Shown: piece by piece, positions 10,212 through 18,227 of the stretch
Numbering within the stretch: position 1 is the first letter of the stretch
Layout: each line of letters starts with the position of its first letter
From: Candidatus Bathyarchaeia archaeon
Lineage (GTDB): Archaea > Thermoproteota > Bathyarchaeia > Bathyarchaeales > Bathycorpusculaceae
NCBI GenBank assembly: GCA_050015395.1
Contig: JBEKBM010000009.1
Location: 1 to 64,000 of the forward strand
DNA length: 64,000 bases
Direction: 5' to 3'
Made by a program: the position numbers and the translations under genes
The notes under the pieces: generated by a model
What the model saw: the letters and a program-made list of their open reading frames with translations, nothing else
Told to the model about the DNA's origin: nothing
Database searches by the model: none

Positions 10212-11414
10212 TCAACATACTTTGTCTATGACTTGTATAAACGCTTCTAGTGTTTTTTTATTATCGAATTTTTTAAGAATAAATTCTCTGTTTCTAGTGC
10301 CAAATTCAGTAGCTTTTTCTAAATCAAGAGATAGAAATGAACCAAGAGCGTCAGCAAGTTCTTTGCTATCATTTGGCTTCGTCATTTTTACACCCAAACC
10401 CGCGCCATCGAGGATTTCAGGTATTCCGCCTATACGCGAGGCGATAACCAGCTTACCATACAACATTGATTCCACCACTGTGTACGGAAGAGGTTCAGGC
10501 CATAATGAGGGAAAGGCAACGATTGATAATCTTCTCATTAGGTAAGAAAAGTCCTCAGAGTTAAGTTTTGGTAAGAAGTTAATATTTATACCAGTCCCAA
10601 TTCTTCTCACACATTTGTGTTGTTCCATAGTCATCGTCAAATACGCGTCGATTCTATTAACATGACTCAAGGATTTCAAAGCGTTCAAAAAAACCTCGAT
10701 ACCCTTAATAAATCGATTTCCACCAAAATAGCCAACTCCAGTACTCTCCGCCAAAACAGGAGGAATGGAAGGAATAGGATTGTAAATCATGGAACTTTTT
10801 TCTTTTATGCAAGGAGCTTTAGAAAGCACCAAATCTCTCTGAGCATTACTAACAAAAATAAACGAATCCGCAAGGTATCCTAATGTTCTATAGTATCTAC
10901 CGAGAGACTCATTCAAAAAAGAAGATAAGGCAATTGAAACAGGCCCACGCTTTCTTTCAACTTTTTCATGAACCATGAAAGACTTAAGTGAAGAAACGCC
11001 AACCTTTCTTTCAACAAAATTATACATCAAAGAGGTGGGACAAGCCAACAAATAATTATGCAAGTGTACCACTACGGGTTTCTTATGGATCTTAGCAAAA
11101 GGTATAGCACTGTACCAGTTACCAGGTATATAAACGACATCACTTTCCGACAAAAGCCTGTTTAGGAAAGTGCTATTTAAAACCCCGAAGTTAACTAAAG
11201 TATCATATCTATTTCCAAACTTCATCTTCAAAGGCAATCGATAAATCCGTATTCCCCAGTCCACCGACTCGACTGATGCTTCTCCTGGAAATTGCTTAGT
11301 AATTACAGTAACTTGAAAACCTTCTTGAGCCAGCAACTTTGAATAAAGCCAAGTAGCCAACTCGGCTCCACTACCATGAGGATAAAATAGCTCAGAGAAA
11401 ATCAGTACTTTCAT
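10212..11414 (-). CDS. GT4 glycosyltransferase
   Basis: FYPHGSGAE, IKGIE, FPSLWPEPLPYTVVESM, SRIGGIPEI. Confidence 0.92.
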   Translation of the reverse strand: MKVLIFSELFYPHGSGAELATWLYSKLLAQEGFQVTVITKQFPGEASVESVDWGIRIYRLPLKMKFGNRYDTLVNFGVLNSTFLNRLLSESDVVYIPGNWYSAIPFAKIHKKPVVVHLHNYLLACPTSLMYNFVERKVGVSSLKSFMVHEKVERKRGPVSIALSSFLNESLGRYYRTLGYLADSFIFVSNAQRDLVLSKAPCIKEKSSMIYNPIPSIPPVLAESTGVGYFGGNRFIKGIEVFLNALKSLSHVNRIDAYLTMTMEQHKCVRRIGTGININFLPKLNSEDFSYLMRRLSIVAFPSLWPEPLPYTVVESMLYGKLVIASRIGGIPEILDGAGLGVKMTKPNDSKELADALGSFLSLDLEKATEFGTRNREFILKKFDNKKTLEAFIQVIDKVC

Positions 11415-11445
11415 TGCTTCACTTTGTAAATTTTACCCATGGCGA

Positions 11446-12090
11446 TTATTTTTTTTCTATCAGTTGCAGAACGCTATCTTGTACCTCTTCAACAGTGGCA
11501 GTACTTGTATCCAAAATTATGATTCTTAATCCAGACAACTTGACAATATTTTCATATCCTCTTTTATAGTGTTCTATAAGTTGCTTAGTCAATGGTTCAT
11601 CTTTCTTTCTCTTAAGAATAACAGCAGTATCCGCCTCTAAATATATTAGAATACTACGATTGGGTATCAGCCTAGTTAATAGCTTAGCGCATGTACCTGA
11701 GGTAATTCCTGGCTCCTTAAGAAAATAAGAAAGAGTAACTAATGTATCTATAACATATCTATCACAAACCACTATGTAACCGAGTAAAGAAGGCAAAATC
11801 ACGCGGTAAAAAATGGCGGGAACTAGACTTACAAGTTCCAATATTTTCCAGGGAGTTCTTATTTTTCTGCCTATATCGCCTTTGAATCCATAATAGTTTA
11901 TTTCTTGCTCATTGGATTTTCTTAATAAACTCAGAAATAAATATGCGAACGTGTGGTGTTGCTTAACTGTAGCTCGCCAAGTTCTATACCCATTCTTTCT
12001 TAGATATGAGGATGTTAAATTAGCATGTTCGGTTTTTCCAGTTCCATCTGAACCGAAAAAATAAATCATCTTATACGGAAATTTTTTCAA
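11446..12090 (-). CDS. thymidylate kinase-like protein
   Basis: FFGSDGTGKT P-loop; VVCDRYVID; LKRK LID. Confidence 0.8.
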   Translation of the reverse strand: MKKFPYKMIYFFGSDGTGKTEHANLTSSYLRKNGYRTWRATVKQHHTFAYLFLSLLRKSNEQEINYYGFKGDIGRKIRTPWKILELVSLVPAIFYRVILPSLLGYIVVCDRYVIDTLVTLSYFLKEPGITSGTCAKLLTRLIPNRSILIYLEADTAVILKRKKDEPLTKQLIEHYKRGYENIVKLSGLRIIILDTSTATVEEVQDSVLQLIEKK

Positions 12091-13112
12091 GCAGACAACT
12101 CTCTAACATAGTCCAGAAGAACGTTGATTCCTTTTGAGGCAGGTTGCTTCATTATTTGATTTATAACGCCTACATTCTTATTCCTATTCACCTCCAATAT
12201 CGCCTTGGACAAATATGCCCATACTATCACAGGAATTGGATAAGGATAGGGCACTCTAAGGTTCTTACAAAGACTCGTGATAACTGATGCACCTTTTCTT
12301 TCATATCGCATTAGAATGCGAGTTTCTGGTCCAAATAATTCGCTTGTTATGTTATAAACGAGATTTAAGTAGAGACTAAGGTGCATTGAAAAGTTTTCGT
12401 CAACAGCTATTTTTCTTATAACTGCCAAGTTTCTATTCAGCATAGCGTTAATCCCAAGATACAATCCAGCTATAGATAAATTGAAATCCTTAAGTAATGA
12501 ATAGGCTGCCTCTCTTACAACCTCATAATCTTCAGAAAGCTTAGTCGCTTCATATCCCTCGCCAAGCCTAATTAGTTCATAAGCGTGATTTTGCCACAAG
12601 CTTTTAACCTCAAAAAGGTCCAACGAGCCAACGGCAAGTCGTTTGTGAATATCTAGATCAACGTAATTACCTTTCTCGATTTTCCTTAATACAATTTCGG
12701 GAGTCCCGATTTTAAGAATAAAATAACCGTGATTTTTTAGCTCGTTAACTAAAGGTTTGAGACTGTTTTCGTCATACAATAAAACGTCAATGTCGTCTGG
12801 GATATAGTTAAATGGTCGGAAGGTCTTAAAAAACATCAAATTGCAATCAAGTTTTTCCTGAATATCGATAAGAAGCTTAGCTGCTTCAATTTGTTTTTCC
12901 CTTTGTCTTCGGTAATGGGCCATGAGAACATCAGCTTCTTCAGGTAGCTGAAGCTGATTCTTCAAACAGCCGTCATAAAATAAAGGAAAGACCTTCTTGC
13001 TAACCGCATACTTGATAGCAGAGTTTAATGAATTTTCTGGAATGCTTTCCAATCGACCAAAAGGTCGAAAATAGGGGTTCCCTACTTTGGCTACTAACTC
13101 AGCGCTCTTCAT
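12087..13112 (-). CDS. nucleotidyltransferase family protein (NTP_transf_5-like)
   Basis: MFFKTF..YIPDDIDVLL and VDLDIH polbeta-type motifs. Confidence 0.7.
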   Translation of the reverse strand: MKSAELVAKVGNPYFRPFGRLESIPENSLNSAIKYAVSKKVFPLFYDGCLKNQLQLPEEADVLMAHYRRQREKQIEAAKLLIDIQEKLDCNLMFFKTFRPFNYIPDDIDVLLYDENSLKPLVNELKNHGYFILKIGTPEIVLRKIEKGNYVDLDIHKRLAVGSLDLFEVKSLWQNHAYELIRLGEGYEATKLSEDYEVVREAAYSLLKDFNLSIAGLYLGINAMLNRNLAVIRKIAVDENFSMHLSLYLNLVYNITSELFGPETRILMRYERKGASVITSLCKNLRVPYPYPIPVIVWAYLSKAILEVNRNKNVGVINQIMKQPASKGINVLLDYVRELSA

Positions 13113-13828
13113 TTAGCCGTCTTTCTAATACTATTTCTTAATTTGCGTTTAACTAATATGGGCAAGTAATACACCGAACCGATAAATAATCCTAGAAGAA
13201 TAAGCAAATTTTCAGTTATTATTCTAATTCGGTTGCTGACAGGGTTAATGTGATTTCCTTTAAAATTGCGCGTATTGATATCTTCGATGTTATCTTTTCC
13301 GTGAAGATATAAGATTTTAATGTGGTTTATACCAAATCTTGGGGCTCTGTATAACGTTTTTCTCCAGGTACTTGAAGGGGAATGTATTACTGGAAATGCA
13401 TTGACAAACCGAATGTCAACTCCGTTCTTTCTAGCGCGAACAAAAAATTCAGTATCCTCGCAAATTTTAAAGCTTTCATCGAATTTTAAATTCTTAAAGA
13501 TTTCTGCGTCGCAGACTAAATTGCAGAGATCTAAATCTGTAGCTTTAATCTCTAAACCTTTAAGGATTGTGCCGTTTTTTGCATGTTTAGCTATTTCTTC
13601 TAGCCAGGTACTAGTCAGGGGTATAGCATCCGATTCAGTAAAGACAATAATTTCGCCTTTTGCTCTTGAGATTGCATCGTTCCAAGCTTCCGGGATTGTA
13701 TTTTTAGTTGATGTAACAAACTCAAAGTCTTTTAACGTCTGATTTGCCAGCGCTCCGCGTAACTGATCAAATTCTCGCTCTTGCTTCGCAATAGAGATCA
13801 CACTAATTTTGACCAAACTTTCGTTCAC
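13109..13828 (-). CDS. GT2 glycosyltransferase
   Basis: ISVIS, AWNDAISRAKGEIIVFTESD, FDESF..CEDTEF. Confidence 0.85.
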   Translation of the reverse strand: MNESLVKISVISIAKQEREFDQLRGALANQTLKDFEFVTSTKNTIPEAWNDAISRAKGEIIVFTESDAIPLTSTWLEEIAKHAKNGTILKGLEIKATDLDLCNLVCDAEIFKNLKFDESFKICEDTEFFVRARKNGVDIRFVNAFPVIHSPSSTWRKTLYRAPRFGINHIKILYLHGKDNIEDINTRNFKGNHINPVSNRIRIITENLLILLGLFIGSVYYLPILVKRKLRNSIRKTAK

Positions 13829-13841
13829 AATTCAAAAAAGT

Positions 13842-14645
13842 CTAAAACTTTGTCTGATCCTTCTTTGTTATGTTTGCTTTTACTGCTTTTCTGATGCCTT
13901 TAGCCCAAGCAACACCGTCTCCACCAGCCAGCATCAACAGTGGTGAAAATGTTGGCAACAGGTAATAGAAGACTCTTATGAGGGGTGAGGGTTTGGAGTA
14001 GCTGAGTGCTTGGTAGATTCCAAGAGTTGTTCTATTCTTGTATGCTTCTTCCTCCATTCTACTATAGGTCTTTTTTGTTGTCACATAGGTCTCTGTACAA
14101 AAATAAGCTCGAAAACCCAGCTCAAGAGCCCTAAAGAGAATATAGGAATCCTCCGCTATACAAGGCGGGATTGGCATCACGGTTTCAAAAACGTGACGTT
14201 TGACAAGCATAAAATCTCCGCTAGCACAAACATGAAACCTTTGCCTAATTGGATCAAGAATTCGATAAAACATTAATTGTGGGCCCTCAGAAACTTTGAT
14301 TCGGCAATACACAATATCTGCCTTTGATGATAAGCATTGTAAGGCAAAGGCAAAGTTGTGTATTCTATTATCAACATCGTTGAATAAAATTATCTCAGTA
14401 TCTTGAGGAATAAATTTAGCGCCGAAGTTAATGGCATCCCACTTACCCTTCGCCTCTCTATACACAACATTCGGATGCTTAAACTCCTCACCACAAACAA
14501 CAACAAAAGGCACCCCCAAACTTTGCAACTCAGCAATTTTTTCAGCAACATTCTTTGCATCTCTAGCCAACACCATAAAGAAACACTTGGCACTGCTTTG
14601 TGCAGAAAGTGAATTCTTAACTTTGGGATTACTTAAAATAGTCAA
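13842..14645 (-). CDS. GT2 glycosyltransferase
   Basis: GKWDAINFG, ILFNDVD, SGDFM, IAEDSY. Confidence 0.8.
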   Translation of the reverse strand: MTILSNPKVKNSLSAQSSAKCFFMVLARDAKNVAEKIAELQSLGVPFVVVCGEEFKHPNVVYREAKGKWDAINFGAKFIPQDTEIILFNDVDNRIHNFAFALQCLSSKADIVYCRIKVSEGPQLMFYRILDPIRQRFHVCASGDFMLVKRHVFETVMPIPPCIAEDSYILFRALELGFRAYFCTETYVTTKKTYSRMEEEAYKNRTTLGIYQALSYSKPSPLIRVFYYLLPTFSPLLMLAGGDGVAWAKGIRKAVKANITKKDQTKF

Positions 14646-14667
14646 TCAAAGCCTGCCTAGAAATGTT

Positions 14668-15369
14668 TCATGTAATAGCTGCGTCCAGCATTACGCGTTT
14701 TAGTATGCTGAAGCCGTGCTGTATTTTCAATTTTTTCTCGCCTACTCGCTGTCTATAATATATCGGCACCTCAACGATGGTGAAACCCATTCGCTCTACG
14801 TAATAGTTCAATTCAACTTCTACGTCAAAACCCTTGGATTTCACTTGCCAATTACTCAGGAGGCTTGGGCGGATTACACGCAGGCCTGTCAGGGGGTCTT
14901 CCAGGGTTATGCCGTTAAGCAAGTTGTGCGTTAATGCTATGAGCTTGTTACCGAAAGAATAGACGTTATCAAAAGCCGATATGCGGTTCTGCTCATGGAA
15001 CCTGTTTCCGCAAACCATGCCAACACTGGGGTTTTCCTCTAAGATGCGGATCATTTCAGGTATGGCCTGGGCTGGGTAGGTGTAGTCTGCATCAGTGATT
15101 ACAACATAGTCAGCAGCAGGATCCAAATACTCAAAGCCTTTAGCCAACGCATCACCTTTACCAACGCCACTCTGATAAACTATTTCTGCACCAAAATTCT
15201 TAGCCACCTCAACCGTGCGGTCACTGCTTTTGCCGTCGACAACAAGAACCTTAGGCGCATCCAAACACCGCATAAGCTCAGCTATAGTAAGCCCAATGCC
15301 TTCCTGCTCATTCAACGCAGCTATGATAACCTGCATCGAAGGGGCACCCTGCACGTCTCTTTTCTCCAT
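14668..15369 (-). CDS. GT2 DPM1/AglJ-like polyprenol-phosphate glycosyltransferase
   Basis: VIIAALNE, VVDGKSSD, GKGDA, ITDADYTY, DPLTGLR, GFDVEVE. Probable start ATG 15369; the open frame extends to 15552. Confidence 0.88.
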   Translation of the reverse strand: MEKRDVQGAPSMQVIIAALNEQEGIGLTIAELMRCLDAPKVLVVDGKSSDRTVEVAKNFGAEIVYQSGVGKGDALAKGFEYLDPAADYVVITDADYTYPAQAIPEMIRILEENPSVGMVCGNRFHEQNRISAFDNVYSFGNKLIALTHNLLNGITLEDPLTGLRVIRPSLLSNWQVKSKGFDVEVELNYYVERMGFTIVEVPIYYRQRVGEKKLKIQHGFSILKRVMLDAAIT

Positions 15370-15394
15370 TTGTATCAACTCTCGCGCGCCGCGC

Positions 15395-15552
15395 TTGTCA
15401 TAGCCTTCCTGAATTAGCTCATCTATAACTAGGCTGATGGCGCGCTCTTCGTTTTTGACTGGGATAACAATAGTAGCCTTATCATTAAGTGAAGGAATAT
15501 ACTCAAGCTCGAGGGATTCTATATCGGTAATCTTTCTAAACGTTAAAACCAA
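15395..15552 (-). pseudogene. N-terminal fragment of a second GT2 fused in frame to the downstream GT2
   Basis: ATIVIPVKNEERAISLVIDELIQEGY duplicates the GT2 first strand/helix motif, then breaks off. Confidence 0.65.
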
Positions 15553-15553
15553 A

Positions 15554-15961
15554 CTACAGTTTTCCCCTTTGACAACTTGAGGAACTATTCATACAGAGAA
15601 CCGCCAAATACCTGGCAAAACCGGGGTCATCAGCCCACTGCAAAGCACAACGATTACCCCAACCAACAGCAATATCACTAATTTTTCGAGTTAACGGTAA
15701 ACCAACAGTCCTCACCAACCTATCAGCCATGCACTCCATTGCAGAGCTCAGCTTATCCAGTATAGCCGTCACCACTTTGGCTAACTTTACGCTTCTAATG
15801 CTATCAACGCATTGGACAGTAAGGTCTATGATACCACGCTCAACCCGATCTAAACACCTAAACCAAACTCGACGTCTTAACGCAATCTTCTTAACTTTAA
15901 CAAGGCCTCCAACAGATGGAAAACCGCCAAGTTCACTATCTAACGCTAATCCATTAGGCAT
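15554..15961 (-). CDS. hypothetical protein, paralog of 16533-17018
   Basis: Shared pattern WFR.L...R.IID...VD.IRS..L and I(A).WGN..A..W..D.GF.RYL.V. Confidence 0.8.
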   Translation of the reverse strand: MPNGLALDSELGGFPSVGGLVKVKKIALRRRVWFRCLDRVERGIIDLTVQCVDSIRSVKLAKVVTAILDKLSSAMECMADRLVRTVGLPLTRKISDIAVGWGNRCALQWADDPGFARYLAVLCMNSSSSCQRGKL

Positions 15962-16129
15962 ACTTCCATCCTTCTCCTCGCTCTCTTGGCAGAACGCTTT
16001 ATAATCTTCGGAAGATATAAAAGGTTATTCCAAATTTCGGTATATCAGCAAAGCAACTCTTCCGCCGAACCACTAACCTAATTACCTAAACATGAAAAGA
16101 ACGTAATATATCCAACAATCAAGCACAAG

Positions 16130-16276
16130 CTACGTTTCTATTTCTTCAACATCTTTGCTTTTGCACTTGGGACACTTACCACGTTTCAGCTCCCAACCAT
16201 CACCAGCCCAACCACAATCATTACAGTGACGAATCGCTCCATCATATAATCGATTAAACAGCCAACATTCCCCCAC
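16130..16276 (-). CDS. small zinc-ribbon protein (48 aa), not in ORF track
   Basis: GTG start; MGECWLFNRLYDGAIRHCNDCGWAGDGWELKRGKCPKCKSKDVEEIET with CxxCG and CPxC. Confidence 0.65.
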   Translation of the reverse strand: MGECWLFNRLYDGAIRHCNDCGWAGDGWELKRGKCPKCKSKDVEEIET

Positions 16277-16532
16277 TCGTCAAACCTTGAACTTTTGAAC
16301 ACTCAACCTTCAAACTACATATACAATATTTCCGCAATTTTCCAGCACCTAAAAAAATCAAATCAGCCAAAAAGCCACTTTTCAACTGGTTTTGTGGGGT
16401 TTCATCACGAGTTAAGGAGAAGGAGTATAAAGAGTAATTTCTCATCGTTTAACCCTTTCACACCATGATTTAGCAAATTTGCATATGGTAACGTTAAGTG
16501 ATTGACGAGCGGAGTTGAACCTGATTTTGCAT

Positions 16533-17018
16533 TCATGTCTTGTTGCTTACTTTGAAAATTGGAAGGTTATTCATGTCGATAACAGTTAGATACCTTATGA
16601 AACCTTCATCATTTGACCAGTTTGCAGCAAGGTTATTTCCCCAGTTGGCCGCGATTACGCTAACTCTTTGTGCTAAAGGATACCCAAAGTTCTGCATCTC
16701 AAAGCCGAGATTACCTATTAATCCGCGAATTCCACCTATAGCGCGAAACAGTTTTTCAACAAATCCAGTTAAAATTTTAAGCAGCAAAGAACTACGTATC
16801 TTATCCACGGTTTGAATAACAGCATCTATAAACCGTCGCTTATCCATGCTAAGTACACGAAACCAAGAGTTGTTACTTCTGATTGATTTCTGTTTTAACT
16901 TTGACAGGAATTTCCGTCCACCAAGACGTATCATGATAGAGATATCCTTAGCAACTACTTCAGATTTTATTAAGTTGTTTTTGCATGGCATTTTGTCAAG
17001 TTTAGAAGAAATCGTCAT
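16533..17018 (-). CDS. hypothetical protein, paralog of 15554-15961
   Basis: Same conserved pattern; co-oriented with upstream small ORFs. Confidence 0.8.
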   Translation of the reverse strand: MTISSKLDKMPCKNNLIKSEVVAKDISIMIRLGGRKFLSKLKQKSIRSNNSWFRVLSMDKRRFIDAVIQTVDKIRSSLLLKILTGFVEKLFRAIGGIRGLIGNLGFEMQNFGYPLAQRVSVIAANWGNNLAANWSNDEGFIRYLTVIDMNNLPIFKVSNKT

Positions 17019-17020
17019 GT

Positions 17021-17350
17021 TCAGACCTCGAGAGTTCCCATTTTTGGGGTATCGTTTGTTTTTCTGCCAGCGTTAGTATTCGATTTCGTTGAGTGGGGGT
17101 TCTTGCAAAAGTTTGTTTTTTGTTTTTCAGTGTTGAGTTTTTCTTTTGATTTCTGCTCTGTCGCTCCAGACTGTAGCTGTTCTAAGATGCTTGTACAAAT
17201 GACTAAGCAGTCTTCGCAAAGAGTAAAGCCGTACCTTAGTAGGAATAATTTTTTTGTTTCCTTGCAGAGTTGGCATTTACCGGTTTTTGTACCTATGACG
17301 AAGATATTTTTGGGGCAAGCGGCTGATTTTTTATTTTTTGTTGCTTGCAT
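17021..17350 (-). CDS. C4 zinc-finger-like protein
   Basis: CQLC-x15-CEDC followed by a Lys-rich tail. Confidence 0.6.
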   Translation of the reverse strand: MQATKNKKSAACPKNIFVIGTKTGKCQLCKETKKLFLLRYGFTLCEDCLVICTSILEQLQSGATEQKSKEKLNTEKQKTNFCKNPHSTKSNTNAGRKTNDTPKMGTLEV

Positions 17351-17490
17351 TAGTAGCCACCTTTACGGGTTAGTTGGTTCAGTTTTGCTTGGACGTTAAT
17401 GCAGAAGTGGTGTTCTGAGGGCGCGTCACAGAATTTTTGGAGTCTTCTACAACACGCTATTCTCTTAGTTCTGTACGTGCACCTTTTCAT
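17350..17490 (-). CDS. small Cys-rich protein (46 aa), not in ORF track
   Basis: MKRCTYRTKRIACCRRLQKFCDAPSEHHFCINVQAKLNQLTRKGGY; its stop overlaps the next start (TAATG). Confidence 0.5.
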   Translation of the reverse strand: MKRCTYRTKRIACCRRLQKFCDAPSEHHFCINVQAKLNQLTRKGGY

Positions 17491-17893
17491 GATCTCTGAA
17501 CGGTAAATTAGTGGTTTCACGATGGCTTCCTTCCTTCTTTGGCAGACAAACGGTGACTATTTGTCACAACAGTATATATAACTTATCATTATTACCGAAA
17601 GAAAAACGCCGAATACGGGCTAACTAAAAAAATCGTAAGCGTATGCTAATCCTAATAGGAAAAAGGGACTGCTGTTAGAAACAAGAAAATTGAGTTTTTG
17701 CTTTAAAGAATAATCAGAAAAGTCTAGCAAGTCAAGTATAAAAGCAAACTAAACCATGTAGATTTACCCTAATCCGCACGAAGCGCTAGAACCAAAAATA
17801 ATCTTAATCAAACACTATTCCGATAAAGCTTTAAATTATGCTTAAATCAGAGAAAGGTTGCAAACCAGCTTCAATGCAAACTGGTTTCCATTT

Positions 17894-18006
17894 GCCGGGG
17901 TCTCCTAGCCAGGCAGGGAGCAAGCCTGGAGATGTTTACGCAAAAGTAAGCACCAAGCAGCTTGTGGCCTCTCGGGGCCTCGGGGGTTCAAATCCCCCTC
18001 CCGGCG
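17894..18006 (+). tRNA. tRNA-Ser(GGA) with a 27-nt intron at 37/38 (17932-17958)
   Basis: Acceptor GCCGGGG/TCCCGGC, discriminator G, anticodon stem CAAGC/GCTTG, long variable arm, GGGGG-TTCAAAT-CCCCC T arm, T-run downstream. Confidence 0.93.
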
Positions 18007-18227
18007 CTTTTTTCAAATTAGCCTTGCCGCAACGGTTATTTTTAACGTTAGTGCTCAGTTTTATTCTAAAGTTCTGCCATACGAATCGGTCAGCGTTTAA
18101 ATAATACACGATCAACTCGAATGCCTTTAACATAAGATTTAGGGGTACATTCTACAGTTTACAAATTTGCAAAGTGCTTTCAAAAAGCAATTAAAAAAAG
18201 GGGAATAGTGGATATACTTTCTCTAGT

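Noticed and set aside
17838-18133. ORFs overlapping the tRNA
   Set aside because: Explained by tRNA-Ser(GGA)
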